The position numbers and the translations under genes are program-made. Under the pieces are notes generated by a model. That model was not told where the DNA came from. It did no database searches and saw only the letters and a program-made list of their open reading frames with translations. From a virus (Duplodnaviria > Caudoviricetes), in the IMG/VR virus record IMGVR_UViG_3300020044_007430, positions 1 to 35,785 of that record: 35,785 nucleotides of DNA, one strand, 5' to 3'. Shown piece after piece: positions 18,442 to 27,325 of the stretch (its first letter is position 1; each line of letters opens with the position of its first letter).

Positions 18442-21400
18442 ATGGCGATTGGGCCATTGAATCTTGACACCCTTTCCATCCCTCAGGTGGACATCGCTGA
18501 TTACATCCCTGATCAACTGCGTGCTGCCAAGCGTGACCCGTTGATCATCAATCAGCCTCGTGCGGTGACAGCCCTTCAGAACAAGTACGCCCCTGGTGCC
18601 TTGTTCGATCAACTCGCCGCATCAGGTGAGTACACGCCTCAGTCCATCAACGCCCTCCGTGCCTACGATGAGGAACGTGTGTCTCGTGGACAGGCACCAC
18701 TGTCCGAACAGCAGACCCGCAACGCTCTCCTCGCTGCCACCACCAAGAACCCGGTAGTGGAGGAACCCAAGCGCAACATGTTCAACCTGCCGGGGAACAT
18801 CCTGAAGGACATGGGGAACATCCTCAAGTCCATCCCCCGCATCCCTCAGGCGCTTGTCAATGAAGTTCAGTCCCTTGACGAAATCCCTGAAGCCATCGCT
18901 TCAGCACCCAACCCGATCGCTGGTCTGGCCAATGCTCCCGGCATTCGCATGTTGCCTGGCGCATTCACCATCGGCAACATCGCTGCCGGTACCCCCGGTG
19001 AACTTGCACGTCAACCACTGTTCACATTGCTCGACTTGCTCCCCGGCGCACAGGCCGCAGCGAAGACCACCAAGGTGGCCAAGACAGCCGCAGAGCTTGC
19101 GGACGCCGCCCGAACGCTCCCCACGGCTGAACTGACACCCCAGTTGCTAGCGAGTCAGCGATTGGCACGTCGCCCACTGTCCACCGCACTGTTCAACAAG
19201 GTGGATGACAGTGGTGACATTGTGCGTAACACCGCTGGTGAAATGGCTGACATGGTGAAGCAAACCAAGGCTGGTCAGACGGTCAGTGAATACATCGGTA
19301 AGCCCTCTCGTGACGCCATGTTCGCTGTCAACGCAGCCATGCAACGTGTACGTGGGATCATGAACGGCACCATCGCTGCACCTGACAACGTGTTCGCTCC
19401 GTTCGCTCAAGAGGCAGTGCAGTTCAACAACAAGCTGAAAGAGATGGGTCTGGAAGGTCAGGCCGCTGAAATCTATGACCGTGCACGCACTGGTCGAATC
19501 GCTGACGCACCACCTGTGATGCAGCAGGCGATTGAGATGATGCGGGACTTCAACACTCGACTCGCCACGACACTGGCCAACGAGAACTTGGCGGTGATGT
19601 TCGACAAGGAACTGTACGACTTGCCGACAGGTATCCGTCTCAAGCAGCAAGAGAAGGGGTTGAAGCGGCTTGAAGAACTGACCACTGTTCGGCAACGTAT
19701 CGAAGCAGGTGCGATCGACCCGACCACCATCAAGCCACCCGAAACCCTTCAGGGGATGTTGGACACGTTCCGTAGTCAGCGTGTCCAAGAGATGCTGAAC
19801 AACGTCAAGGCTCCTCGTGCCGGTCAACGTATCCCCGGTGTGAAGCTGTCACCTGAGGAACAGCTTGCCCGGATGGGTGAGATGTCCATTCGTGAACTCA
19901 CCTTGCAACACAACTTCACGATCCGTCAACTCCGCTCGGCAGGGTTCGATACCACTGAGCTTCAGAAAGCATGGCAGTTCGTTGAAGGCAGGTTCGGCAA
20001 GCGGAACAAGAAGGGTGTCGTCAAGGGTTCTGTCCCGAAGAACCCTGAAATCTATCGGATGGCACTTGAGCGTGCACTGCGTGAACCGGACTTCCTGCCA
20101 CGTATCCAGATGATGAACATGGATGACGTGATCACCACCCTCAAGGGATACACCAGGGATGCGAAGGCTGGCCCTGGTGCCAAAAACATCCTGTTCGGTA
20201 TCCAACGACGTGACTGGAAGTCCATCACCCAGGGACTTGAGCAACTTCGCCGTGCACCGTTGGAAGGGTTGGACGAGACGGCACGTGTCGCCCTGGTGAA
20301 CCGGCTGAAGGAACTGCGTGACTCGGGCCGGTTCATCGACCAACGACTCAAGGATGCCACCCCTGAAGCCCTCGCCAAGCGCAAGCTGTCCATGGAGCAG
20401 GTGAAGGCTGAAGCAGTCCCGGCACGGTTCATCCCCACGTTGGAGAACGCAACACGTCAAGCACTCAGGGACAAGCTGATTCCCGTTGAGAACGTGGAAG
20501 AAGCTGCACGACTGAACGCACTGATCGACGCTGGTGACTTCGACGCCATCCCAGGGTTCGACAAGAACCTGTACCGGACAGTACAACGTGAAGCTGCTCG
20601 ACAGTGGCAAGCATGGCGGGATCAGGGACTTGATCCGGTCTACACGCACACGGTCACCCCGAACAAGGCGAACAGTGCTGTCAACCCCTACGCCACGATC
20701 ATCCCTCGTGCAGCCTCATCGATCAAGAAGCGGTCATGGGATATGGCACCTGGCGTGAAGAACGTCGGTGTGTCCATGACTCATCAGATGATGGAACTCA
20801 TCTCACGTGAGCAGGTGCAAATCGCCATCAAGCAGATCATCGATCAGATGGGCGAAACGGAACAGGCTCTCAGGCAGCGGTTCACCCCTGCCGCCCAGTA
20901 CCGTGCATCAGTGAACGACGCACTCGACTTTGAGGGTCATCTGCAACAGATCATCAATGAGAAGTACAAGCGGTTCGACCCTGATGTGCAAGGGTACTCG
21001 TGGGGTAGCCCGTACCTCAACCGGCTGAAGCAAGAGGGGATGTTCATTCCCCGGCCGGTCGCCAACAACCTCAAGCAGTTGGCTGACCCCAAGCGTCTGT
21101 TGGGTGGTGCACTTGATCCGGTCACCAACCTGTTCCGTGTGGCAACAACGTCCCTCAGTCTTCGGACGCAGGTCTACAACATTATCGGCAACGCTGTCGC
21201 CACTGAACTCGCACGCCCCGGCGCCACTCTTCGGGCGGGTGCTCAGGTGAGGAAGTGGATGAAAGACCCGTCACTCGTCCCACCCAAGCTGCAAGAGATT
21301 ATCGGTAGCCAGAAGAACATCTTCATGGAGTTGGACAAGGAAGCACTCGGTGCAGTGAACACCGGCATCTTCCACTACATGAAGGGCAAGACACTCAAGC

Positions 21401-22602
21401 GGCTGTGGGATCAGGAACAAGCCACCAAGGCCAACCGCATCGGGCAACCGTTGGACAAGTTCAAGGGGAAGGTCAGTGGCCTCGTTGAAAAGTCTTATGA
21501 CTTGAACGGTAAGGTCGATGACTTCTACCGTATGGTGAACTACATCGACGCTTACGACAACGCAGTGAAGAAGGGATCATCGATCGCTGACGCCGAACGG
21601 CAAGCAGTCACAGCGGTCCGTGAGAACCTTCAGGACTGGATGTCGATGACACCCGTTGAGCGTTCCGTGATCCGTAGCATCTTCCCGTTCTACGGCTACA
21701 TGGGTCACGCAATGAGGTTCGTGCTCCGCTACCCACTTGATCACCCGCTCCGCACGGAGATGATGACCAAGCTTGCTCTCGCTGAGTTGGAAGACCAAGA
21801 TCACCTGCCTAGCCGGTTCCTCTCTATGTTGTTCCTTGGGGGCACTGGTCCGAACGGTGAACAGAACGCCATCAACGCCGGTCCCTTCAACCCGTTCGGT
21901 GAAATCGCCAGCTTCATGAGTGTCCAAGGTGTGCTTGGCGCAACCAACCCGGTGGTCAGCACCCTGTTGGAGCAGGCAGGGATCGTGAATGGTGAAGCGG
22001 AACTCTACCCGTCACTCAGGTACGACTCGACAACCGGTCGTCTCGGGGCAGCAGGTGGGAACCCGATCACCGCCATGCTGCACAACACCATCCCGCAGTC
22101 CCAAGTGTTCACCGCTCTCATGGGGGTGAATGAGCAGTATCGGGACATGGCTCAACGTGATCCTGCCGCAGCCATCAGGTACCTCGGGAGTGGACTCACC
22201 ATCCCGATCTTGTGGCGCAACATCCAAGTGGATGAGGAAGTCATGAAGGCTGAACTGGCACGCCAGGCAGCACAGGACAAGGTTCGCAATGAGGCACTGA
22301 AGACCGGCGACTGGACCGAAGCACTGAACTACCCATCGCTCGGTGCGTACCTTGACATGATCGAACAACTCCCTGAGGAACAACGGGCACCGTTCATGAA
22401 GCTCACCCCGGAGCAGATCAGATCGATCACCACGAACACACCCAGTCAGTCCACTCCTCTGCCACAGTTCCAAGGTGTTGAACCGTTGGATATTACGATT
22501 GAACAACTACTTGCTCAACCGTCACCCATCATGGCGTCGAACGTGGCTGGTGCTGGCCCTCTTCCCGGCTCGTCGCTCACCATGACGAACGGTGGCATCT
22601 GA
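18442..22602 (+). CDS. Large internal virion/ejection protein (1386 aa)
   Basis: Largest ORF, all-helical composition, last in the structural cluster; C-terminal DWMSMTPVERSVIRSIFPFYGY pattern seen in large podoviral core proteins; SD GAGGT. Confidence 0.65.
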   Translation: MAIGPLNLDTLSIPQVDIADYIPDQLRAAKRDPLIINQPRAVTALQNKYAPGALFDQLAASGEYTPQSINALRAYDEERVSRGQAPLSEQQTRNALLAATTKNPVVEEPKRNMFNLPGNILKDMGNILKSIPRIPQALVNEVQSLDEIPEAIASAPNPIAGLANAPGIRMLPGAFTIGNIAAGTPGELARQPLFTLLDLLPGAQAAAKTTKVAKTAAELADAARTLPTAELTPQLLASQRLARRPLSTALFNKVDDSGDIVRNTAGEMADMVKQTKAGQTVSEYIGKPSRDAMFAVNAAMQRVRGIMNGTIAAPDNVFAPFAQEAVQFNNKLKEMGLEGQAAEIYDRARTGRIADAPPVMQQAIEMMRDFNTRLATTLANENLAVMFDKELYDLPTGIRLKQQEKGLKRLEELTTVRQRIEAGAIDPTTIKPPETLQGMLDTFRSQRVQEMLNNVKAPRAGQRIPGVKLSPEEQLARMGEMSIRELTLQHNFTIRQLRSAGFDTTELQKAWQFVEGRFGKRNKKGVVKGSVPKNPEIYRMALERALREPDFLPRIQMMNMDDVITTLKGYTRDAKAGPGAKNILFGIQRRDWKSITQGLEQLRRAPLEGLDETARVALVNRLKELRDSGRFIDQRLKDATPEALAKRKLSMEQVKAEAVPARFIPTLENATRQALRDKLIPVENVEEAARLNALIDAGDFDAIPGFDKNLYRTVQREAARQWQAWRDQGLDPVYTHTVTPNKANSAVNPYATIIPRAASSIKKRSWDMAPGVKNVGVSMTHQMMELISREQVQIAIKQIIDQMGETEQALRQRFTPAAQYRASVNDALDFEGHLQQIINEKYKRFDPDVQGYSWGSPYLNRLKQEGMFIPRPVANNLKQLADPKRLLGGALDPVTNLFRVATTSLSLRTQVYNIIGNAVATELARPGATLRAGAQVRKWMKDPSLVPPKLQEIIGSQKNIFMELDKEALGAVNTGIFHYMKGKTLKRLWDQEQATKANRIGQPLDKFKGKVSGLVEKSYDLNGKVDDFYRMVNYIDAYDNAVKKGSSIADAERQAVTAVRENLQDWMSMTPVERSVIRSIFPFYGYMGHAMRFVLRYPLDHPLRTEMMTKLALAELEDQDHLPSRFLSMLFLGGTGPNGEQNAINAGPFNPFGEIASFMSVQGVLGATNPVVSTLLEQAGIVNGEAELYPSLRYDSTTGRLGAAGGNPITAMLHNTIPQSQVFTALMGVNEQYRDMAQRDPAAAIRYLGSGLTIPILWRNIQVDEEVMKAELARQAAQDKVRNEALKTGDWTEALNYPSLGAYLDMIEQLPEEQRAPFMKLTPEQIRSITTNTPSQSTPLPQFQGVEPLDITIEQLLAQPSPIMASNVAGAGPLPGSSLTMTNGGI

Positions 22603-22622
22603 CCTCAGTAGGATGGTGCATC

Positions 22623-22661
22623 GGGGGGTCGGGAGGCTTGGTACGGGCATCCTGACCCCCC
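22623..22661 (+). terminator. Hairpin terminator after the large virion gene
   Basis: GGGGGGTCGGGA...TCCTGACCCCCC 12-bp stem followed by TTCCCTT. Confidence 0.65.
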
Positions 22662-22701
22662 TTCCCTTAGGGAGTCACATGTCCACGCAGCAGGGAACGC
22701 A

Positions 22702-23127
22702 ATGATTGCATCAGAACTATCCGAAGAACTCATGGCCATAGCGGTATTGGTTATGGCAGGGACGGCAGCAGTGGTGTTGATCATCGCCGCATGGAAGGGA
22801 CGTTCATTCATCGCACAATGGCGAGACATCAAACTCACCATGAATCCAGCCAAACTCAAGGAAGTCACTGACAAGCTGGATGAAGTTGTCATGTCAGTCA
22901 ACAACAAGGCACCTGATGACATCACCCTGTTCGCACGTGCCAAGCTGCTTGAGGCCAATCAAGCAGAGTTCCGCAAGGACATCGATCAAGTGAAGCTCTC
23001 CGTCAAGAAGACCGACCTCAGGACTGAGATGATGGATCGCAAGCTGACACGGTTGATCGCTGAACTGGATCGTACTGTTGGACTACGGTTGTCCGACGAC
23101 GAAGAAAGGAAGACCAATGACCATTGA
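22702..23127 (+). CDS. Single-TM coiled-coil protein (lysis accessory-like)
   Basis: LMAIAVLVMAGTAAVVLIIAAW helix then coiled coil; directly upstream of the holin-like gene. Confidence 0.7.
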   Translation: MIASELSEELMAIAVLVMAGTAAVVLIIAAWKGRSFIAQWRDIKLTMNPAKLKEVTDKLDEVVMSVNNKAPDDITLFARAKLLEANQAEFRKDIDQVKLSVKKTDLRTEMMDRKLTRLIAELDRTVGLRLSDDEERKTNDH

Positions 23128-23410
23128 CAAGATCAAGGCAGTGCTGGCCAGCGTGGTGTTGTGGATCAACATTGCCGTGGCCATCCTCGTGATCGTTGCT
23201 GACGAACTCACCAAGACGTTCAGTGACGGCAGTGCTCAGACTGTCATCACGATCATCGCCCGCATCGTCATCGTGCTGGCCGGTGTGGTGAACATCATCA
23301 CCAGGGTTACGCCGGTGCTCCCCTCTCAGCGTGGACTCACGCTACCGAAGGGAGCACCGACCAGTGTCCCGATCCCACCTTCCCGATGGGCAGACAATCA
23401 CCCTCGCTGA
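23117..23410 (+). CDS. Putative holin (2 TM)
   Basis: ATG 23117 with SD AAAGGA; two hydrophobic helices and a C-terminal ITRVTPV motif like actinophage holins. Confidence 0.6.
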   Translation: MTIDKIKAVLASVVLWINIAVAILVIVADELTKTFSDGSAQTVITIIARIVIVLAGVVNIITRVTPVLPSQRGLTLPKGAPTSVPIPPSRWADNHPR

Positions 23411-23411
23411 C

Positions 23412-23816
23412 TCACGCTGACACGTTCCGGGCAATACCCAAGTCAACGGTGTCTTCAAGAGCCGCCTTCCTCAACAGGGAGGCGGCTCTTGGCGTTAACC
23501 AGTTGAAACGCAGCAGCTTCAACCCGTCAACTTCCTTCCCTGTTTCCACCAGTGCGAAGTAACTGATCCTGTGACAGTTCTTGCACTCTCTCTCGTACAC
23601 TCCCGGCTCGACAATCTTCACCCTGAATTTGGTGAGACACGGCTTGATCCCCTTGGGTGTGTCATACATGCACTTGAGGGTCCGCTGATTGTCCCTGATC
23701 AAACGGTACTTGACTGGCATCTTGAATGCCCTGTCCGATGCTCGTTGATTGCTCACCTTTGCACCTCCGTTGGCACCTCGTCTCTGCCTACCGGTGGACG
23801 TTTCCCTTCGACCCAC
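23412..23816 (-). CDS. Basic Zn-finger-like hypothetical protein
   Basis: LKC-x10-C...ECKNC cysteine pattern; very basic; start uncertain. Confidence 0.6.
   Translation of the reverse strand: MGRRETSTGRQRRGANGGAKVSNQRASDRAFKMPVKYRLIRDNQRTLKCMYDTPKGIKPCLTKFRVKIVEPGVYERECKNCHRISYFALVETGKEVDGLKLLRFNWLTPRAASLLRKAALEDTVDLGIARNVSA
23456..23491 (+). terminator. Terminator of the + arm, embedded in the last - strand gene
   Basis: CAAGAGCCGCCTTCCT-CAAC-AGGGAGGCGGCTCTTG 16-bp stem, 45 nt after the holin stop. Confidence 0.65.
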
Positions 23817-24252
23817 GCCTTACTCTCACGCTCACGATTGAGGCGATACCCGTTATCAGTAGTGCCCCACCAACCACTGCCCATGTATACCCATCGGTTC
23901 CCGTCACCGGCAGTGAAGTGGTCACCTGCCTCGGCATACTCACTACCGTCGTGGTCAGGGGACCAGTGACGGGTGGGACGGGTGGCTGTCCTACTTGAGC
24001 GTCGGTCGTCGGGGATGAGCTTGATGAACTCGACGCTGACGGTGCTGTTGTTGTTGATGGTGACGGAGCACTTGTACCAGTAACCACGGTTGTCGATGTA
24101 GAGGTCACCGTCGTTGATGATGTCGGGACCGTGGTAGCTGGCACCGTTGAAGTTGTCGTGGTAGTTGGAGACGTGGATGTCGGCGCTTGAGTGGTTGTGG
24201 ACTCGCATCGGTACTCCCATTCCTCTTCCGGATAGTGGTCTTCACATGGCAT
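23788..24252 (-). CDS. Ser/Thr-rich protein with LPXTG sorting signal
   Basis: Thr/Ser/Pro tract, then LPVTG + WAVVGGALLITGIASIVSV + RVRRGSK; TAATG coupling to the upstream gene. Confidence 0.8.
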   Translation of the reverse strand: MPCEDHYPEEEWEYRCESTTTQAPTSTSPTTTTTSTVPATTVPTSSTTVTSTSTTVVTGTSAPSPSTTTAPSASSSSSSSPTTDAQVGQPPVPPVTGPLTTTVVSMPRQVTTSLPVTGTDGYTWAVVGGALLITGIASIVSVRVRRGSKGNVHR

Positions 24253-25043
24253 TAGAACATTCCTTCCTGTTGCATCTTGTTGAGTTTCTTGTTCTGGTAA
24301 CTGACACTGTTGCCCCGCTTCCGCATCCCTCCCTCGCTATGTCGCTTACACCAGCCGATCCCGTCAGGGTCATACACGAACACCCCATCGGAACATTCCG
24401 GTGTGACGCACTGCCTCATCAATCTGCCATCGTCGTTGTTCAACACCAGATCGATGAACTCGTACATCATCATCCGCCACTCGCCTTGCAGCATCGGCTC
24501 CCGCATCACCTGATAAGGGTTGACCATCGGGAACACGATCCACCGATTATCCCACACTCCGCTGCTACCGGCAACCTGCTTGATCGTCAAGTCCCTCCTC
24601 CACAGCCTCATCACTGCCCCGCCCAGTAGCAACACGTACCTTCCGTTGGCTGCTTCAAGCGTGTCCATGATCAACTGTCGGTTACTCAACACCTGACTCT
24701 CTAACGGCTGGTCCCTTTGGTCGTAGGGCCAGGCCCACAGATGGGTCACATAGTCGTCGTACAGCCCTGCGCCCAGCAGTAGCCGTCTCAGGAACGCCCG
24801 GTGAGGGGCACCCCAACGAGTCGGCCGATCCCACACCACCACCACTCTCGACGGCAGATTGTTCTTCGCCCACTCAGGTGGTGCACCTTCATACCCGTCA
24901 TGCACCAGCTTCATGTGTGCGAGAGTGTTGACCTTCCTCAACCGCTTCAGGTCAGTGGGTGAGTAGGTTGGTAGTGGGCGCACCTTGATCTGCATGTCAG
25001 CACCCAGCTTGTCAACCAACAGTTCTAGCGGGTCTTGTTCCAT
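24252..25043 (-). CDS. Uracil-DNA glycosylase-fold protein, probably degenerate, with C-terminal Cys/His cluster
   Basis: FLRRLL..AGL, YVLLLGGAV and VFPMVNPYQVMREP align to family-4 UDG IVxLGxxA and PTYHPAxLLR; CVTPEC...WCKRH tail. Confidence 0.6.
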   Translation of the reverse strand: MEQDPLELLVDKLGADMQIKVRPLPTYSPTDLKRLRKVNTLAHMKLVHDGYEGAPPEWAKNNLPSRVVVVWDRPTRWGAPHRAFLRRLLLGAGLYDDYVTHLWAWPYDQRDQPLESQVLSNRQLIMDTLEAANGRYVLLLGGAVMRLWRRDLTIKQVAGSSGVWDNRWIVFPMVNPYQVMREPMLQGEWRMMMYEFIDLVLNNDDGRLMRQCVTPECSDGVFVYDPDGIGWCKRHSEGGMRKRGNSVSYQNKKLNKMQQEGMF

Positions 25044-25105
25044 CGGTACTCCACAATCATCAGGACGAACCCCAGTCCTACCAGTGCGATGATCAGGTCA
25101 TGCAT
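25025..25105 (-). CDS. 26-aa single-TM peptide (not in ORF track)
   Basis: MHDLIIALVGLGFVLMIVEYRWNKTR*; fills the gap between two genes and overlaps both. Confidence 0.5.
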   Translation of the reverse strand: MHDLIIALVGLGFVLMIVEYRWNKTR

Positions 25106-25310
25106 CGGTGATCCCTAGAATCTCTTTGCACTTGCGAACAAACCACTCGGTGTTCTCCACCTCTAGCTGGTGGGTGAGTCGTTGCAGTTCCCTCAGTCGA
25201 TCATCACCCCATTGACGTGGCCCCTCTTTCTTCAACCTCGCCAACTGTTGTTCATAGGCAGGGAGGTAGGCTTGGGCCATGATCTTGGTGACGGTGTTCA
25301 TGTTGGTCAT
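25098..25310 (-). CDS. Hypothetical protein (70 aa)
   Basis: ATGA overlap with the upstream gene. Confidence 0.65.
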   Translation of the reverse strand: MTNMNTVTKIMAQAYLPAYEQQLARLKKEGPRQWGDDRLRELQRLTHQLEVENTEWFVRKCKEILGITDA

Positions 25311-25558
25311 GAGTGCATCAGGAATCGCTCGGCCTCTGACACGATGGTGTGAGAGGGTGGTTGTCTGGCGTGGTAAATGTTGGTGACGGGGATGTTGACC
25401 TGAATCGTCTTGTGCGCCCCTTCCTTGAATATCTCCACCCGGACAACAAGATCATCAACCGGGTAGTAGACCTTGAACGTGAACATCGGGAACCTTTGCT
25501 CAAGTATCTTGGCGCAATTGTCGAACAGTGCTTCATCGTCCATGTGCCAACGCTTCAT
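25307..25558 (-). CDS. Hypothetical protein (83 aa)
   Basis: ATGA overlaps on both sides. Confidence 0.7.
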   Translation of the reverse strand: MKRWHMDDEALFDNCAKILEQRFPMFTFKVYYPVDDLVVRVEIFKEGAHKTIQVNIPVTNIYHARQPPSHTIVSEAERFLMHS

Positions 25559-26253
25559 GTCAGTGCTTCGATCAGCTTGGCGGCAATCCCCTTGCCGATC
25601 CCTGGCACTTCCATCAACTGTTCCTCAGTGACGGTCCATTGCAACGGCACTCCACCGAAGTGCTTGATGACAGCCTTGGCACGTTCGATCCCCAACACCT
25701 CAAACCCCTGCAACAGATGGACGGCCCAGTCATCGTTGCTCGCCTTCCCCCATGGACTGAACGCTGTCGGCCGCTTCATCATCGATGTGTGCTTCGCCTT
25801 GACCGACCAGTGAGCGAACATCTTCACCAGTTCCACAGTCTCAACCACGTCCCTGGTGTACTCAATCCTCGCACCCTGATACATGAGTGACCACAGCATC
25901 CCCTTGAACTGTGCTCTCGTGAACTCTTGACCCCAACTGTTCCACTGAAGGTTCCCGTTGTTGTCGAACTGAATCTTCCCCTCAATGATGATGATGGGGA
26001 TGGGGATTCCACCCGCTCTCATCTGTGCAACCTCTTTCGCCAGTCGGCCATCACCAACTGATGCGATCAGGTCACGTAGCTCTTTCCGCTGCACACCCCA
26101 CATGGCATCTTCACCGTCATGCTTGCCCCACCAGCACACATCACATCCGTATTTCTCAGGTAGGAGCGTGACCTGTGCGGCGATGGCCTTGAGTTGCTTC
26201 GGTTCGGTGGGTGCCACATAGAACTCAATCGGTTCTTCCTGCTGCTTCGGCAC
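25555..26253 (-). CDS. ERCC4 (XPF/Mus81-type) nuclease with tandem HhH; probable junction resolvase
   Basis: GCDV...GVQRKELRDLIASVGDGRL..EVAQM...IIIEG (ERKxxxD motif with E>Q); HhH LMEVPGIGKGIA. Confidence 0.85.
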   Translation of the reverse strand: MPKQQEEPIEFYVAPTEPKQLKAIAAQVTLLPEKYGCDVCWWGKHDGEDAMWGVQRKELRDLIASVGDGRLAKEVAQMRAGGIPIPIIIIEGKIQFDNNGNLQWNSWGQEFTRAQFKGMLWSLMYQGARIEYTRDVVETVELVKMFAHWSVKAKHTSMMKRPTAFSPWGKASNDDWAVHLLQGFEVLGIERAKAVIKHFGGVPLQWTVTEEQLMEVPGIGKGIAAKLIEALT

Positions 26254-26578
26254 GTGCTTTCCTCTTCCTCTCGGTAGCCAACTGATTCTTTCTGTTCATG
26301 TACGGAATCTTGTGGTCAAGACACTTGATGCACTTGCACTTCTTTGTCTCCCACCCGTATCTCGTTCCGTGTCTCCACTTGGGACGCTTTTTCGGCTTGT
26401 ACGTCTCCCTCTTCCTCTTCGCTGCATCCGCTCGATACTTGGCCTTGTACTTCAGGCACGGCTCACACTGACACTTGAGCTTGATGGCGAAACTACGTCC
26501 ACCATGCTGAGCCGGGACAGGTGCGGGTCTAGTTCCCTTGACCGGTGGGTTGCGCTTGTACTTCAACACCTCGGTCAT
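26225..26578 (-). CDS. Basic protein with two HG...CxCxxC Zn-binding repeats
   Basis: HGGRSFAIKLKCQCEPC and HGTRYGWETKKCKCIKC; start moved to ATG 26578. Confidence 0.7.
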   Translation of the reverse strand: MTEVLKYKRNPPVKGTRPAPVPAQHGGRSFAIKLKCQCEPCLKYKAKYRADAAKRKRETYKPKKRPKWRHGTRYGWETKKCKCIKCLDHKIPYMNRKNQLATERKRKARAEAAGRTD

Positions 26579-26583
26579 CCATG

Positions 26584-26883
26584 TCAACCCCGCCTGGCAT
26601 CGTGACTGACAAACGGATGACCCCACAGGCCCGTTCGCTCCTTCACATTCGTCGTGATCGATAGGACAGGTAACGCAAACATCTGCTTGAACGGGTACAT
26701 CTCCCGCTCCATGTCCACCCCGCTCACCAACAACCGTCGTCTGTTCCATGTCTCCACCTGCACCATGTCATAGTTGTACGCAACTCTCATCCGCCTGATG
26801 TCAATGTCCTGAATGCCCAGGACTCTCGCCGCAATCACCGCCTCGGCTGCTCGTGGCTTCCTCCACTTGGTGAACCACATCAT
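26584..26883 (-). CDS. Hypothetical protein
   Basis: ATG 26883 in ATGA overlap with the upstream 54-aa ORF. Confidence 0.6.
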   Translation of the reverse strand: MMWFTKWRKPRAAEAVIAARVLGIQDIDIRRMRVAYNYDMVQVETWNRRRLLVSGVDMEREMYPFKQMFALPVLSITTNVKERTGLWGHPFVSHDARRG

Positions 26884-27044
26884 GACCCACCCCATTCTTG
26901 GCAGATGTGTTTGTCGCTCCGCCCACCACAACCATCACACCTATCGGGGTAGTGAACAATGTCACCTGTTGTTTCGTTGATGGCGTAGTACTTTGTCAGC
27001 TTGTCGAGTTCAGCCTTCACTGCCTCAGGTTTCGGTGCGTTCAT
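26880..27044 (-). CDS. 54-aa hypothetical with CxxC...HxC (not in ORF track)
   Basis: MNAPKPEAVKAELDKLTKYYAINETTGDIVHYPDRCDGCGGRSDKHICQEWGGS*; ATGA overlaps at both ends. Confidence 0.65.
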   Translation of the reverse strand: MNAPKPEAVKAELDKLTKYYAINETTGDIVHYPDRCDGCGGRSDKHICQEWGGS

Positions 27045-27325
27045 GTCAGTTCCCATACAACAAAGTCCTTGTTGGGATCATCCGGTGCAACACACCCCTG
27101 GCAGATCACTCCACCATGTGTCATCGCAACCCTGCCGTCAACCAAGATCACGTCCTTGCACCGGGTACACAACCCTTGGTACTTGGCATCGAACATGTAC
27201 TGAACTTTCCATCGTTCATCCTGTTCACGCTTGGCCCGACCATTGCACAGGACACAGGCGGATATCATCCCCAACCCATGAATGCATTCGTCGTCTTCAT
27301 CGGTGTTGTTATCGTGCAAGTTCAT
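27041..27325 (-). CDS. Double zinc-finger hypothetical protein
   Basis: CIHG...CVLC and AKYQGLCTRC...ICQGC; ATGA overlap. Confidence 0.7.
   Translation of the reverse strand: MNLHDNNTDEDDECIHGLGMISACVLCNGRAKREQDERWKVQYMFDAKYQGLCTRCKDVILVDGRVAMTHGGVICQGCVAPDDPNKDFVVWELT

Noticed and set aside
3909-20649. Long antisense ORFs (3909-5090, 8398-9282, 9263-10564, 17442-18479, 19849-20649)
   Set aside because: They mirror well-supported + strand genes, as expected from GC-rich codon bias; no motifs or SD.
23753-24220. 155-aa His/Asn/Asp-rich ORF overlapping the LPXTG gene on the same strand
   Set aside because: Its composition is the shifted reading of ACC/ACG Thr codons; the other frame has TAATG coupling and a coherent sorting signal.
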